NCBI GenBank assembly: GCA_010909165.1
Contig: MU008188.1
Coordinates: forward strand, 1-64,000
DNA from: Anthoceros angustus
Lineage: Eukaryota; Plantae; Anthocerotophyta
Reading direction: 5' to 3'
Length of the DNA stretch: 64,000 nt
Of the stretch, positions 12,373 through 24,210 are shown in pieces. The position numbers were made by a program, and so were the translations under genes. The stretch's first letter is position 1; each line of letters starts with the position of its first letter. The notes under the pieces were generated by a model. It was not told the origin of the DNA and did no database searches. It worked only from the letters and a program-made list of their open reading frames with translations.

Positions 12373-15300
12373 GTCAATGCACTGTTGTTGCTTGAAACCC
12401 TTAGCAACCAATCGTGCCTTGTACTTTGGTTTGCCATCAAGCGGTATGACCTTCATCTTGTACACCCATTTGCAGTAGTATCCTTAGCAACGGAACCAAC
12501 TCCCAAGTTTGGTTCTTATGCGTAATTCATTTTGGCCTTCTCCACTTGTCTTTGTTACTCGTTGTGAGCCTCTTTGTAAGAAGAGGGTTCCCCACAATCT
12601 GTCGGTAACATAATCCAGAGATGGATCATACACCGAGGCGTGTAATCCCGACCTCGGCACGAGCACCTCTATAGGAGCTTGTTCGACTCTTGGTTCATCT
12701 ACGGTGGAGGAATGTGCTCTGCACATTACCAGTTTTCAACGCCCATGATGATCATGTCCATCTTCTTGGAAGATCACCCTTCGCACCTCCACAGTTGGAG
12801 TAGGCTTCTGCATCTTGTTCTCATTGAAGAACACGTCGTTACGAACAACCTTTCTAGCCTCGGATCCCACTGGTATCCCATCTCACGGAATCACCATAGC
12901 CAAGAAAAATACATTTCTTGGACTTAGGTGCCAACTTGTCCCGAAACTCTTTTGGAACATGGCGGTATGCCTCACACCACTGAGATGCTTGTAGGATGGT
13001 TTCTTTCCGGACCATAGCTCCTCTGGAACTGCTCATCAACACCTTATTAGGAGATCTGTTAATAAGATGAATGCGATGAACACATACCAAAACCCATTAG
13101 GCAATCCAGTTTGACAACAAACTACGCATCCTCTCGAATGGTTACATTCATCCGCTCACACCATTTTGTGGAGGAGTATACGCGATCAATTCTCTTTTGA
13201 TTCCCAATCACAATGACTGAAAGCTTTGAAACATACTCCACCATTATCTCCCAGACACTTCAATCGGTGGCGGTGATTCTCTACAAGGGTGACAAATTTA
13301 AACACCGTCGAACTTCATCCTTTTCCTCAAAGGATAAACCACACCTTGCGTGAGAAATCATCTATGAAAGTGACAAAATAGGAGGCACCGCCTAATGATG
13401 CGGTAGGCATAGGTCCACATACATCACTGTGAACCAACTCAAGAGGTTTACTTCTACTTTTACCTCGTGTTCGATGTGATGATTTTGTCTGTTTCCCATA
13501 TAAACAGTGCTCACACATCGAGAGATCGAGAAGTTAGAACGAGGATATAACGAGCGAGATAAAACCTTCATTCCCTTGAGACATATGTCCTAACAAGCAA
13601 TGCCACAAGGAAACATTTGGTCCTGTCACCTGATCACATGATCTTTTGGCGTGTTTACAGTGAGTACAAAGTGCCACACTTGATCCACGAGCTAACACAA
13701 GAGAACCTTTGGAGATCTTCCAAGAGTGATCCCCAAACCGGTGGTAACCATCATCCAAGCTCTAATCATGCTCTTTGTCAACTTGAACATGCCTAACGTC
13801 CTTGAGAATGAAGATCCGTTGTCAAACTTGAGTTGCACATCACCTCGCTGCGATCATGCATAGTTATTTCCAAGCCTAACGCATCCTTTTCCTTGTAGCA
13901 TCATCATTAAACCACTCTCTATGAGGAGTAACATGGAAAGATGCGAGTCAATTATCCAATTGCGAATAAATGACTATCCACGTGGTATGCGCATTCAAGT
14001 AAGAAGAGATAAGGACATCTCCGTCCTCAACTTTAACTCTTCCAACTTCGAGAAGTCGCCTTCTTGTCTCGCTTCTTCTCTTTTCCTTGGTCCTTTTGAA
14101 CTTCTCGCACTCTCTTTTGAAGTGACCCCTTTTGTGACAATAGTGACACTCCACATTCTTGTTACGACTACGAGATTTGCTGAGAAAGCTTACGTCGGTT
14201 GCTTCCCTTCCTCCTCCTCCTCCTCCTCCTCCTCCCTTGGAAATTTCCAGCTCTCTTCCTCCTCCTCCTCTTCCTCCTCCTTCTCCACATTTCTCCTTAG
14301 CGAACTCCTTGACCAACTCTCGGTAATGTGACCAATGAAACATAGCTCTCACGGAATGCAGTGATACCTTGAGATGAGAGCTGGCTGAAAATGGTATTGA
14401 AATCATTCGGATGATCGGACATCCTCGTCCCTTCCTGCTGGTAACTGCCTACCAACGTGGGCTGCCTACCTACGGTCTTTGGGTACCCGGGCTATAGTGG
14501 GTACCCACTCACCCTGTCGTGTTGTTCCTATCACGGTAGGGTGTGCACCTACCATGGTAGGCGTCTCCCTATACACCATTTGGCCCTATCCTGCATCTCT
14601 TGAGCTCCTCTGGGGCTCGCTCATGGAGGTTTCCTCCTCCTCGGCACAACCCCTCGGGTTCTCTTCCTCCTCTTCCTTGAGTCCTCCAGCCTTGATCTTG
14701 CGGTCGATGCTTGTCCTCCGTGTCTTCTTCAACATAAAGGCAATGGTCTTTCCATGCTTGGCGAGATGGACAATCTCGAATGGATGCCAAGAACCTTCCA
14801 GCTCCTTGCAATTTCCACACACACACCACAGCCTTGACCTCGCCCTTGCTCACAATTCCCCTAGCTCTTATACCCTTGCTTTTCCCGAGTTTCCAATTCT
14901 GTGATTTGAAGGAATTCTCTAAGGTTCACAGTTCTTACATCTTCTCCAGCAAGTTGAGAGTCCCTTCTCCATAATTTCTCTTCAATTTTGACATGCCTTG
15001 CTCTTCCCAACACTCCTTTGGGCTTGGGGCATTGCCTTCTTCCTTCCACCCGGCCCTTTCCTTCCTTCATCTTCAAGTCCACCATTGTTTCAACCAATAC
15101 ACACGAGAAGCCGCACTTTGCTTCTCACAGTCCTGACCGCCCGATCGTAACTCGTGGTCTTATCTTTCACATTGAAGTACCTTTTTTTGACAATGTTAGC
15201 ATGATAGTAGATCTAGCAAGCTCATCCAGTCCGCCACTCATCACAGTCATACTATCGGTTTGGCCTAACAACTTTATGGGCTTGATCTGCTTTTTACGCA

Positions 15301-15539
15301 CTAGAACATTATACACTTGTTCTTTCGAGCAGTTAGTACCATCTAACTACCGATATTGAACATGACGTTTTCGGCGATGAAGACATCATGACTCAAAAAT
15401 CGTCTGATTAAACACTCAACTCGCCTTGTTAGAAAAGTCAAAGAAAGCGGATCACGGTCGTGTATTTTGCCGTTGACTATTCCACGAGTAATCCGCGATC
15501 GGAATTTTACGCTCACCGGCGTTGGCACCCTCACACTTG

Positions 15540-16330
15540 CCCGTCGCTGCGTCACGCGGCGCACGCCCGCCGCGCGCACGGCCACCGCGGCGCCGCCTGG
15601 CCAACCGCGCCCACCGGCCACAGCCACGCCCGCGGCCGCACGCACCCGCCTGGCGCGGCGCGCGCCCTGCGCCCGGCGCGCCGCGCCGCCCACGCCGCTG
15701 CGCGCCGCGCCGCGGCGCGCGCGCGCGCGCGCCCAGCGCCACGCGCCCGCGCTGGCGCCGCGCGCCGCGGCCGCGCCCGCGCGCCCGCGCCGCGCGCCGC
15801 GCTGCGGCGCGCCGCGCTGGCGCCCGCGCCCCGCTGCGGGCTACCGCGCCCGCGCTGCGGGCGCCCAGCGCGCCTGCGCGCGCTGCGCCAGCGGCTGCGG
15901 CGCCACGCGCGCGCCCCGGCCGCGCGCTGCGCTGCGGGCGCCTGCGCGGCTGCGCGCCCCGCTGCGGCGCGCGCGCCCCGCTGCGCCCCGCGCGCGCCGC
16001 GGCGCCCCTGGCTGGCGCCTGCGCGCCGCGCGCCGCGCTGCGGCGCCACCGCGCTGCGGCCCGGCGCGCCAGCGCCTGCGCCCCGCGCGCGGCCTGGCGC
16101 CCGGCGCGCCCCGCTGCGCCGCGCCCGCGGCCCGCCGCCCGCTGGCGCGCGCGCCCGGCCCGCGCCGGCGCCCGCGCCGCGCGCGCGCGCGGCTGGCGCC
16201 CCGCGCTCGCCGCGGCTTTCGCGCCCCGCGCCGCGCTCGGCCCGCGCGCGCGCGCGGCCGCCTGCGCGCTCAGCGCCCGCGGCGGCCTGTCGCGGCCTCG
16301 CGCCCGGCCGCGCCGTCGCGGCCTTGCCTC
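15540..16330. repeat. Extreme GC low-complexity tract (almost only G and C)
   Basis: About 800 bp of cgcgc/gccgc permutations inside the Copia-2 gag region. Its Ala/Arg/Pro ORFs are compositional by-products. Confidence 0.85.
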
Positions 16331-18797
16331 GCTCACGGCCTCATCCCGCTCGCGGCCTGCTGCGGCGTTCGCAGCCCTCGCCGCGATCTGGATCACCTGC
16401 AATTCCACGAGCTGCTGCCAGCCCTGCAGCTAGAAAATTCTAGCATCACAACACAACCAAACCATGGCTCTGATACCAGTTGAAGGATCGTGTGGCAGCC
16501 ATGATGGTGGAAAGAGGAGAGGAGAGGAGGAGGCAAGAGTAGCTCTCTCACATTGAGATGAGGCTTGGAGGGTATTTATACCCTCCAATAGGGCTCCCTA
16601 GGAAGCTCCACAAGAAGCTCCTAGGAAGGAGCACAAGAAGCTTCCTAGTGATTAGCTTAAGCTAAACTAATGATATAAGACACCTAACTTAGACTAAGTG
16701 TATTAGTCTACTTACATTGCTCATGCACTTACCACAGGCATGTACACACCAAGCAAAGCAATTTCACAACAACCATTCACAAGAGCAACTCGTTTAGGCA
16801 CTTGCGAGCAAGTCCTCCACCAACACTCACCACCGACTTCCTCTCTGCAGGGCTGCGTTGGCTCACAGTAACACGAAATTCTCTGTAATGGCAAAGGACT
16901 GGGTGGGCGCAAGACATGATACTTTACTTTGTGAAATCCTCCTCCTCTTATAGGAGGCCTTCCACATACAACCTCCCCGGGGTGACCCTACTGCAGGTCA
17001 CCTTTTCCAATATTTTATCATTTCCTACCGCCAGCATTTAAGACCTAGCATCTAAGTCTACTGTCTGGTCCTTGGTAAATTCTATTCTAGCAACTTCACC
17101 TAAGATCATCCTTAAAGGATGTCACCACACCTATCCTTCTTCTTCCTCATCATTTATGGTCTTTGACCATTCTAGTCCTTATCTCTGGGTGGTGACATGT
17201 CTTGTGGATTGGCTCCTCCTCCTCCTCTTCCTCCTCCTCCTCCTCCTCTTCCTCCTCCTCCTCCACCATCTTTGTGAAATCCTCCTCCTCTTCCTCCTCC
17301 TCCTCCTCCTCCTCCTCCTCCTCCTCCTCGCCTCCCGCGCACCTAGGCGCCTTTTCTCCAGCCTCCGCCGCTGGTCGCTTCATCAAGACCCCTACATGTA
17401 GTCCGCGATCATCGTAGGTCACTACCTACCATGGTAGTCTCTTTCCTTCCTTGTTGCTTGACCTCCACCATCTTTGTGCAATAGTCCATTGCCACCAAGA
17501 TATATTGTTTCCTTGTCCATTTTGTGGGTGGCTTGATTGGACCCACAAAGTCTAAGCCCACTTCTCGGCGGATGTAAGTAGGCCAGAGCCGAAAAAGTCG
17601 GACTCCCAACCCGGCGGCATCACATAATTCCGACCAAAATCCCACACATCTCCCTGCATCGTAGCCCACCAAAAGCCTGCATCCAGGATTCGCTTCACCA
17701 TGATTTGCACCGAGTAATGCCCTCCAGCCTCTTTTGCATGCAGAGCTTCTGTGACAAGCGAAGCTTCCTCCGCTTCCAAACAACGTCGAATTTTCTCATT
17801 CAGACCAAGCTTGTATAAGACTCCCTTTTGTAGACATTAGGGTGCGGTTTATGAAGAAAAAGCACGCCCTTCCCTAGACAAGCTCAAGCATGATTCCGTG
17901 ATCCAAGAAATTTGCCTCACAACAAATAACGTGGACATGGGGTCCTTCACGTTCCATCCTCCTCTTCCCATGCACACCTGCGTTTCCCTCTAGCTTGTTC
18001 ACGGTGGATGTCGGTGCGTGGCCACAGCCCGCCTTCAACTCATTCACAAAACTAGCTTCTCCTCCTCGCGTCAATCTGCGAGCATCCGCTGGGTCGACTG
18101 CATCTATTGGCATCGCCACCCCTTCATCTCTATGCTCCCTAGTCTCATGACTAGCCCTAGATCACGCTCTAGTAGCGACCTCCTCACCTTGCTGCGGTTT
18201 CTTGGGCAATTTCGTCGACCAAGAATCGGTCGATGCTCCTCCTTACAATTCCCTGCAAGCACACCTTGAGGTGTGATTTCTCCACAATCCTCCTTCATAC
18301 ATGGCACCATAGAGCCGTCCTCGCTCCTAGGCTCCAGTGCACACACCTTCTCAACACCATTTTGTGTGCCACTCTCCTTCCTCCAAATTGCGATTTCTTG
18401 CAATTTCTCCATCGCTCCTTGCCACCATCATGGCCTCCTTGCAGCCCTCATGCTCACCCTTAGAGCACTCCTCATTCTCCTTGTACACATGTTGCCACTT
18501 CTTGCTTCATCTCGAACTCTTAGATTGACCTCCTGCAAACCACCGCACAAAACCCCTTCCATGGACACTTGGCCTTCTACTTGCAACACCTCTTCTGCAG
18601 CCAATCACACCTAAACTTTGCCCACGTTCCTCTCCTTCCAAGCATACCACGTTGCCTCTTGCTAGCTCGCCTACCAGCAGCCCCGGGATCCATTCACAAA
18701 TCCATTTTCTCCTGCTTTGTCCATACCTACCATAGAGCATCTTTAAAGAGTCTTCCCAATTGTCACCGATGTCTAACTTCTCCGGCCCTTTTGCATG

Positions 18798-19124
18798 CTC
18801 CTCCTCCTCCTCCTCCTCCTCCTCCTCTTATAGGAGGCCTTCCTCCTCCTCCTCCTCCTCCTCCTCCTCCTCCTCCTCCTCCTCCTCCTCCTCCTCCTCC
18901 TCCTCCTCCTCCTCCTCCTCCTCCTCCTCCTCCTCCTCCTCCTCCTCCTCCTCCTCCTCCTCCTCCTCCTCCTCCTCCTCCTCCTCCTCCTCCTCCTCCT
19001 CCTCCTCCTCCTCCTCCTCCTCCTCCTCCTCCTCCTCCTCCTCCTCCTTCCTTGTTGCTTGACCTCCACCATCTTTGTGAAATCCTCCTCCTCCTCCTCT
19101 TCCTCCTCCTCCTCCTCCTCCTCC

Positions 19125-19156
<32 letters not shown>

Positions 19157-19222
19157 CTCCTCTTATAGGAGGCCTTCCTCCTCCTCCTCTTCCTCCTCCT
19201 CTTATAGGAGGCCTTCCTCCTC
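18798..19222. repeat. (CCT)n microsatellite and CT-rich low complexity; further tracts at 17213-17330, 19730-20020, 20530-20810, 21395-21565 and 22890-23000
   Basis: About 200 bp of uninterrupted CCT at about 18842-19047. Confidence 0.95.
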
Positions 19223-19861
19223 TTGGCCAAACGCAAGACTCGTTGTTGGCCTTCAAGATTCTATTGGAGGTGAGCCCCAAGCTATGATATTGCATTTGGA
19301 GATCATCAATCTCCGTGGGCCACTCTCCATCTTCACACCTACCTTTGTAGGCGCCCTTGAGGTGGTCAATTCCCCACCTTGACATGGAGGTCACATTCTC
19401 CTCCTCGCGGCCTCATGGCCCCACCTCGCCAAGTGGGGGCCTTCCGTCGCTCAAAAGCAGTTGCTCTCTCATGTCGTTTTTGCTTCTTCTTTGCCAACGT
19501 GTGGCCTCCACTTGCAGCCCTCCGACTGCTCATCCTTGAGGAGAATTCCAGCCTCCTCCTTGCGCCCATGCTGGCGCCCTCTTATCCTCTCTCGGTTCCA
19601 GTTGTCCTGCTGCTTTTCTGCACAACACTCCCTTCTTGCTCATTTGGCCTCTCTGCTGGCAACAAGACTTGCTGATCAATTCTTAGGCCGTCTACAACAT
19701 GCTCACGTCCTCCTCCTTTGTCCATCTCCTTCTTCTTCCTCCTCCTCTTCCTCCTCCTCTTCCTCCTCCTCTTCCTCCTCCTCTTCCTCCTCTTCCTCCT
19801 CCTCTTCCTCCAAATTGCATTTCTTCCTCCTCTTCCTCCTCCTCCTTGCCACCATCATGGC

Positions 19862-19902
<41 letters not shown>

Positions 19903-20574
19903 TGCTCATTTGGCCTCTCTGCTGGCAACAAGACTTGCTGATCAATTCTTAGGCCGTCTACAACATGCTCCTCCTCTTCCTCCTCCTCTTCCTCCTCCTC
20001 CTCCTCCTCCTCTTCCTCCTCCTTGCTCATTTGGCCTCTCTGCTGGCAACAAGACTTGCTGATCAATTCTTAGGCCGTCTACAACATGCTCACGTCCTCC
20101 TCCTTTGACCCGCCGTGGCAACCAACTCCTCGTCGAAATCGGTCATCGGCCTCAAGCCGTTTTCAGTTTCGATGAGAAATAAGACCTTCATTCACATGTT
20201 GCTCCCCGCAACCTCTTCAACTCTACCATCTCCTCTACACCTAGGTACTTAGAAATCCTTGCTATCTTACGGACTCTAGCTCTCGTCTTCTATAGCATCA
20301 TACATTCCCTCGAACTTCCGAACTTTTATCGGAAAAGGTCACTCCTTGGACGTGGTGGTACTCTCTTGAAGTAACCATAAATCCCTCTACATAATCATAC
20401 AAAGACTCCCCTCTTCCTTCGAGTGCTCCACGAGCAGTATGATGTGCATAGCTCAGCACATAATCGTTTCAAAACTACAATTCCCATATAATCCCAATGC
20501 GGCGGGTGGCCTCGGCGCCCACAAAACTCTCCTCCTCTTCCTCCTCCTCTTCCTCCTCCTCTTCCTCCTCTTCC

Positions 20575-20630
<56 letters not shown>

Positions 20631-22544
20631 CTCCTTGCTCATTTGGCCTCTCTGCTGGCAACAAGACTTGCTGATCAATTCTTAGGCCGTCTACAACATG
20701 CTCCTCCTCCTCCTCTTGCAGCCCTCATGCTCCTCCTCTTCCTCCTCTTCCTCCTCTTCCTCCTCTTCCTCCTCTTCCTCCTCCTTCTCCTCATCCTCCT
20801 CCTCTTCCTCCGCCTCGTAGCTTGTGGAGGTCGACCTCCCACTTCAAATGCAAAGGCAAGGCCTTTCCAAGCTTGGTGGAGATGGATATCTCAAGGATGC
20901 CAAGCATCTTCCACCTTGCTTGTGAGAAGCCCTTCCGTTTCCACAAATGCACCAAATAGGTGCTAGAGGTAAGGCGGCCCTTCCTCATCCACCGAATTTG
21001 GCTTGAGGAGCTTTTCTCGGTGGTGGATGTAGGCCTCATACATGATGGTGCCCCAATCTGGCTTGGCTCCTCTTGAAATCTTCCACAAAAATTGAGGAAG
21101 TTGGTGCTGGGGCGTGGTAATTTACCAACCCCGACAATCTTTGAAGAGCCTCCACTTCACCTCCTTCCTCCTCTTCCTCCTCCTTCTCCTCCTTCTCCTC
21201 CTCTTCCTCCATCATGTCGAGGAACTCTGGAATGAGAGGGCCGTTCTTCCTTGGGCGGTTGCTATGAGTTTGACACCAGACGGGAGAACCTCGAGTCTTT
21301 CCTGTAGTCTACCCTCAAGCCGAGTTCTCAGGCATTTGCCACACACCCAAAGCAAAGCAAGTGAATTGGGGCATCACAAGTTCACCTCTCGGCCTTCTCC
21401 TCCTTCTCCTCCTTCTCCTCCTCCTTCTCCTCCTTCTCCTCCTTCTCCTCCTCCTTCTCCTCCTTCTCCTCCTTCTCCTCCTTCTCCTCCTTCTCCTCCT
21501 CCTTCTCCTCCTCCTTCTCCTCCTCCTTCTCCTCCTTCTTCCTCCTCCTCCTTCTCCTCCTTCCTCTCGTGGCGGTGGCGGGTGGTCGAGGTCCTCCTCT
21601 TCAACTCTACCATCTCCTCTACACCTAGGTACTTAGAAATCCTTGCTATCTTACGGACTCTAGCTCTCGTCTTCTATAGCATCATACATTCCCTCGAACT
21701 TCCGAACTTTTATCGGAAAAGGTCACTCCTTGGACGTGGTGGTACTCTCTTGAAGTAACCATAAATCCCTCTACATAATCATACAAAGACTCCCCTCTTC
21801 CTTCGAGTGCTCCACGAGCAGTATGATGTGCATAGCTCAGCACATAATCGTTTCAAAACTACAATTCCCATATAATCCCAATGCGGTGGTGCAGCCTCCC
21901 CAACTGCTTCTGGGCATGACCTCAGCACTCTAGGAAAATTTGGAGACAATCTGAGGCTTCCAAATTCGCATTCACATGTTCAAAAGTTTCCACAAAGCAT
22001 CTTCACCTTGTTGCTTCTCCCCAAATCTCACATCTGGCGCAGTGGGGTGGATCCACCTCTACTTCCTCCACTCATGGTCGGCGTCCACAAAATTGTGGGC
22101 ACACTCCCAAGAAACTCCCACATCGGCAATAAGCATCTGCTGGCGGGATGTCTTGCACGGACTTGGGCACACAAGCGCCTCCTAGCAATCGAGTTGAAAG
22201 GGCAGCAAGTTGGGCAATAATTCGAACAAGACCTTGTGGCTCGGCCATTAGATCGTACTAACTTCTCCTCCTTCTCCTCCTCTTCCTCCTCTTCCTCCTC
22301 TTATAGCAACCAACTCGAGCTAGAAGAGCTCAACAATCCACGAAAAAGTCCTCCTCTTGAGCGAAGATGTGAAATTACTAACCGGCTCGGATTCTTGACC
22401 CTCACCCTTAATCGGCAACTCCTCGGTAACAACCTCCTTCCTCTCTCGTCCGTGAGCACAACCTCCTCCTGCTCTTAGACAACTACCTCTTCTTCCTCCT
22501 CCTTCTCCTCCTTCTCCTCCTTCTCCTCCTCTTCCTCCTCCTCT

Positions 22545-24210
22545 TCCTCCTCTTATAGGAGGCCTTCCACATACAACCTCCTCCTCTTCCTCATGACTTT
22601 TGGGGCAAGTACCTTCCTCCTCCTCCTTCCTTGGGGCAAGTACCTTCCTGCCCCTTCTTCTTCTCTGCGGGCGCCCGATTCCTCTTGCCATCCGGGCAAT
22701 CGCGCCCTTCGCGCACTCGAATGGCCCATCTTCTAGCCTCCACGGTGGCGCTCCTTCTCCTCATCCTCTTCCTCCTCTTATAGGAGGCCTTCCACATACA
22801 ACCTCCTCCTCTTATAGGAGGCCTTCCACATACAACCTCCTCCTCCTCTTCCTCCTCTTCCTCCTCTTATAGGAGGCCTTCCACATACAACCTCCTCCTC
22901 TTCCTCCTCCTCTTCCTCCTCTTCCTCCTCCTCTTCCTCCTCTTCCTCCTCCTCTTCCTCCTCCTCTTCCTCCTCTTCCTCCTCTTCCTCCTCTTCCTCC
23001 TCTTATAGGAGGCCTTCCACATACAACCTCCTTCACCTATGGCCACTCTTTAATGTTGCCAACCTACACCTCTAATCCTCTACTCATCTTCTCATCTCCT
23101 TCCCTCTTCCTCCTCTTATAGGAGGCCTTCCACATACAACCTCCTCCTCTTCCTCCTCCTCTTCCTCCTCTTATAGGAGGCCTTCCACATACAACCTCCT
23201 CCTCTTATAGGAGGCCTTCCACATACAACCTCCTCCTCTTATAGGAGGCCTTCCACATACAACCTCCTTCCCTCTTCCTCCTCCTCTTATAGGAGGCCTT
23301 CCACATACAACCTCCTCCTCTTATAGGAGGCCTTCCACTAACACCTACACCTCTAATCCTCTACTCATCTTCTCATCTCCTCATCCTCTTCCTCCTCTTA
23401 TAGGAGGCCTTCCACTAACACCTACACCTCTAATCCTCTACTCATCTTCTCATCTCCTCCTCTTATAGGAGGCCTTCCACATACAACCTCCTCCTCTTAT
23501 AGGAGGCCTTCCACATACAACCTCCTCCTCTTATAGGAGGCCTTCCACATACAACCTCCTCCTCTTATAGGAGGCCTTCCACTAACACCTACACCTCTAA
23601 TCCTCTACTCATCTTCTCATCTCCTCCTCTTATAGGAGGCCTTCCACTAACACCTACACCTCTAATCCTCTACTCATCTTCTCATCTCCTTCCCTCTTCC
23701 TCCTCTTATAGGAGGCCTTCCACATACAACCTCCTCCTCTTCCTCCTCTTCCTCCTCTTATAGGAGGCCTTCCACTAACACCTACACCTCTAATCCTCTA
23801 CTCATCTTCTCATCTCCTCATCCTCTTCCTCCTCTTATAGGAGGCCTTCCACATACAACCTCCTCCTCTTCCTCCTCTTATAGGAGGCCTTCCACATACA
23901 ACCTCCTCCTCTTATAGGAGGCCTTCCACATACAACCTCCTCCTCTTATAGGAGGCCTTCCACTAACACCTACACCTCTAATCCTCTACTCATCTTCTCA
24001 TCTCCTCATCCTCTTCCTCCTCTTATAGGAGGCCTTCCACTAACACCTACACCTCTAATCCTCTACTCATCTTCTCATCTCCTCCTCTTATAGGAGGCCT
24101 TCCACATACAACCTCCTCCTCTTATAGGAGGCCTTCCACATACAACCTCCTCCTCTTATAGGAGGCCTTCCACTAACACCTACACCTCTAATCCTCTACT
24201 CATCTTCTCC
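22545..24210. repeat. Irregular tandem array built from two LTR-derived modules
   Basis: Recurring cctcctcttataggaggccttccacatacaa (source about 32027-32062) alternates with ggccttccactaacacctacacctctaatcctctactcatcttctc (source about 31595-31640). Confidence 0.9.

Larger units (their letters stand above)
9911..16734 (-). mobile_element. Ty1/Copia LTR retrotransposon (Copia-2, Tnt1/Tork-like) with internal region partly replaced by foreign sequence
   Basis: LTRs 9911-10155 and 16479-about 16734, PBS TGGTATCAGAGCC (16466-16478) and PPT (10156-10166). Zinc knuckle CHYCHKRGHFKREC (about 14105-14150), integrase CEHCLYGKQ...LELVHSDVCGPM...FIDDFSRKVW (13327..13518), KLAPKSKKCIFLGY, RT start CKWVYK...YKARLVAKGF (about 12390-12475), RNase H TKHVDVKYHFIRE...ADILTK (10215..10403). 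TSD not recognisable. Confidence 0.9.

Noticed and set aside
15343-16483. Several ORFs of about 300 aa rich in Ala/Arg/Pro
   Set aside because: They are open in most frames only because a G/C-only tract cannot contain stop codons.
18569-23036. Poly-Pro/Ser/Glu/Gly/Leu ORFs resembling extensins or acidic proteins
   Set aside because: These are translations of CCT/CTT microsatellites that are absent from the cleaner homologous copy at 36800-39700.
22545-24210. CRISPR-like array (about 30 bp hairpin repeat)
   Set aside because: The intervening sequences are not unique spacers but the same one or two LTR-derived modules. There are no cas genes or leader, and the context is eukaryotic TE DNA.
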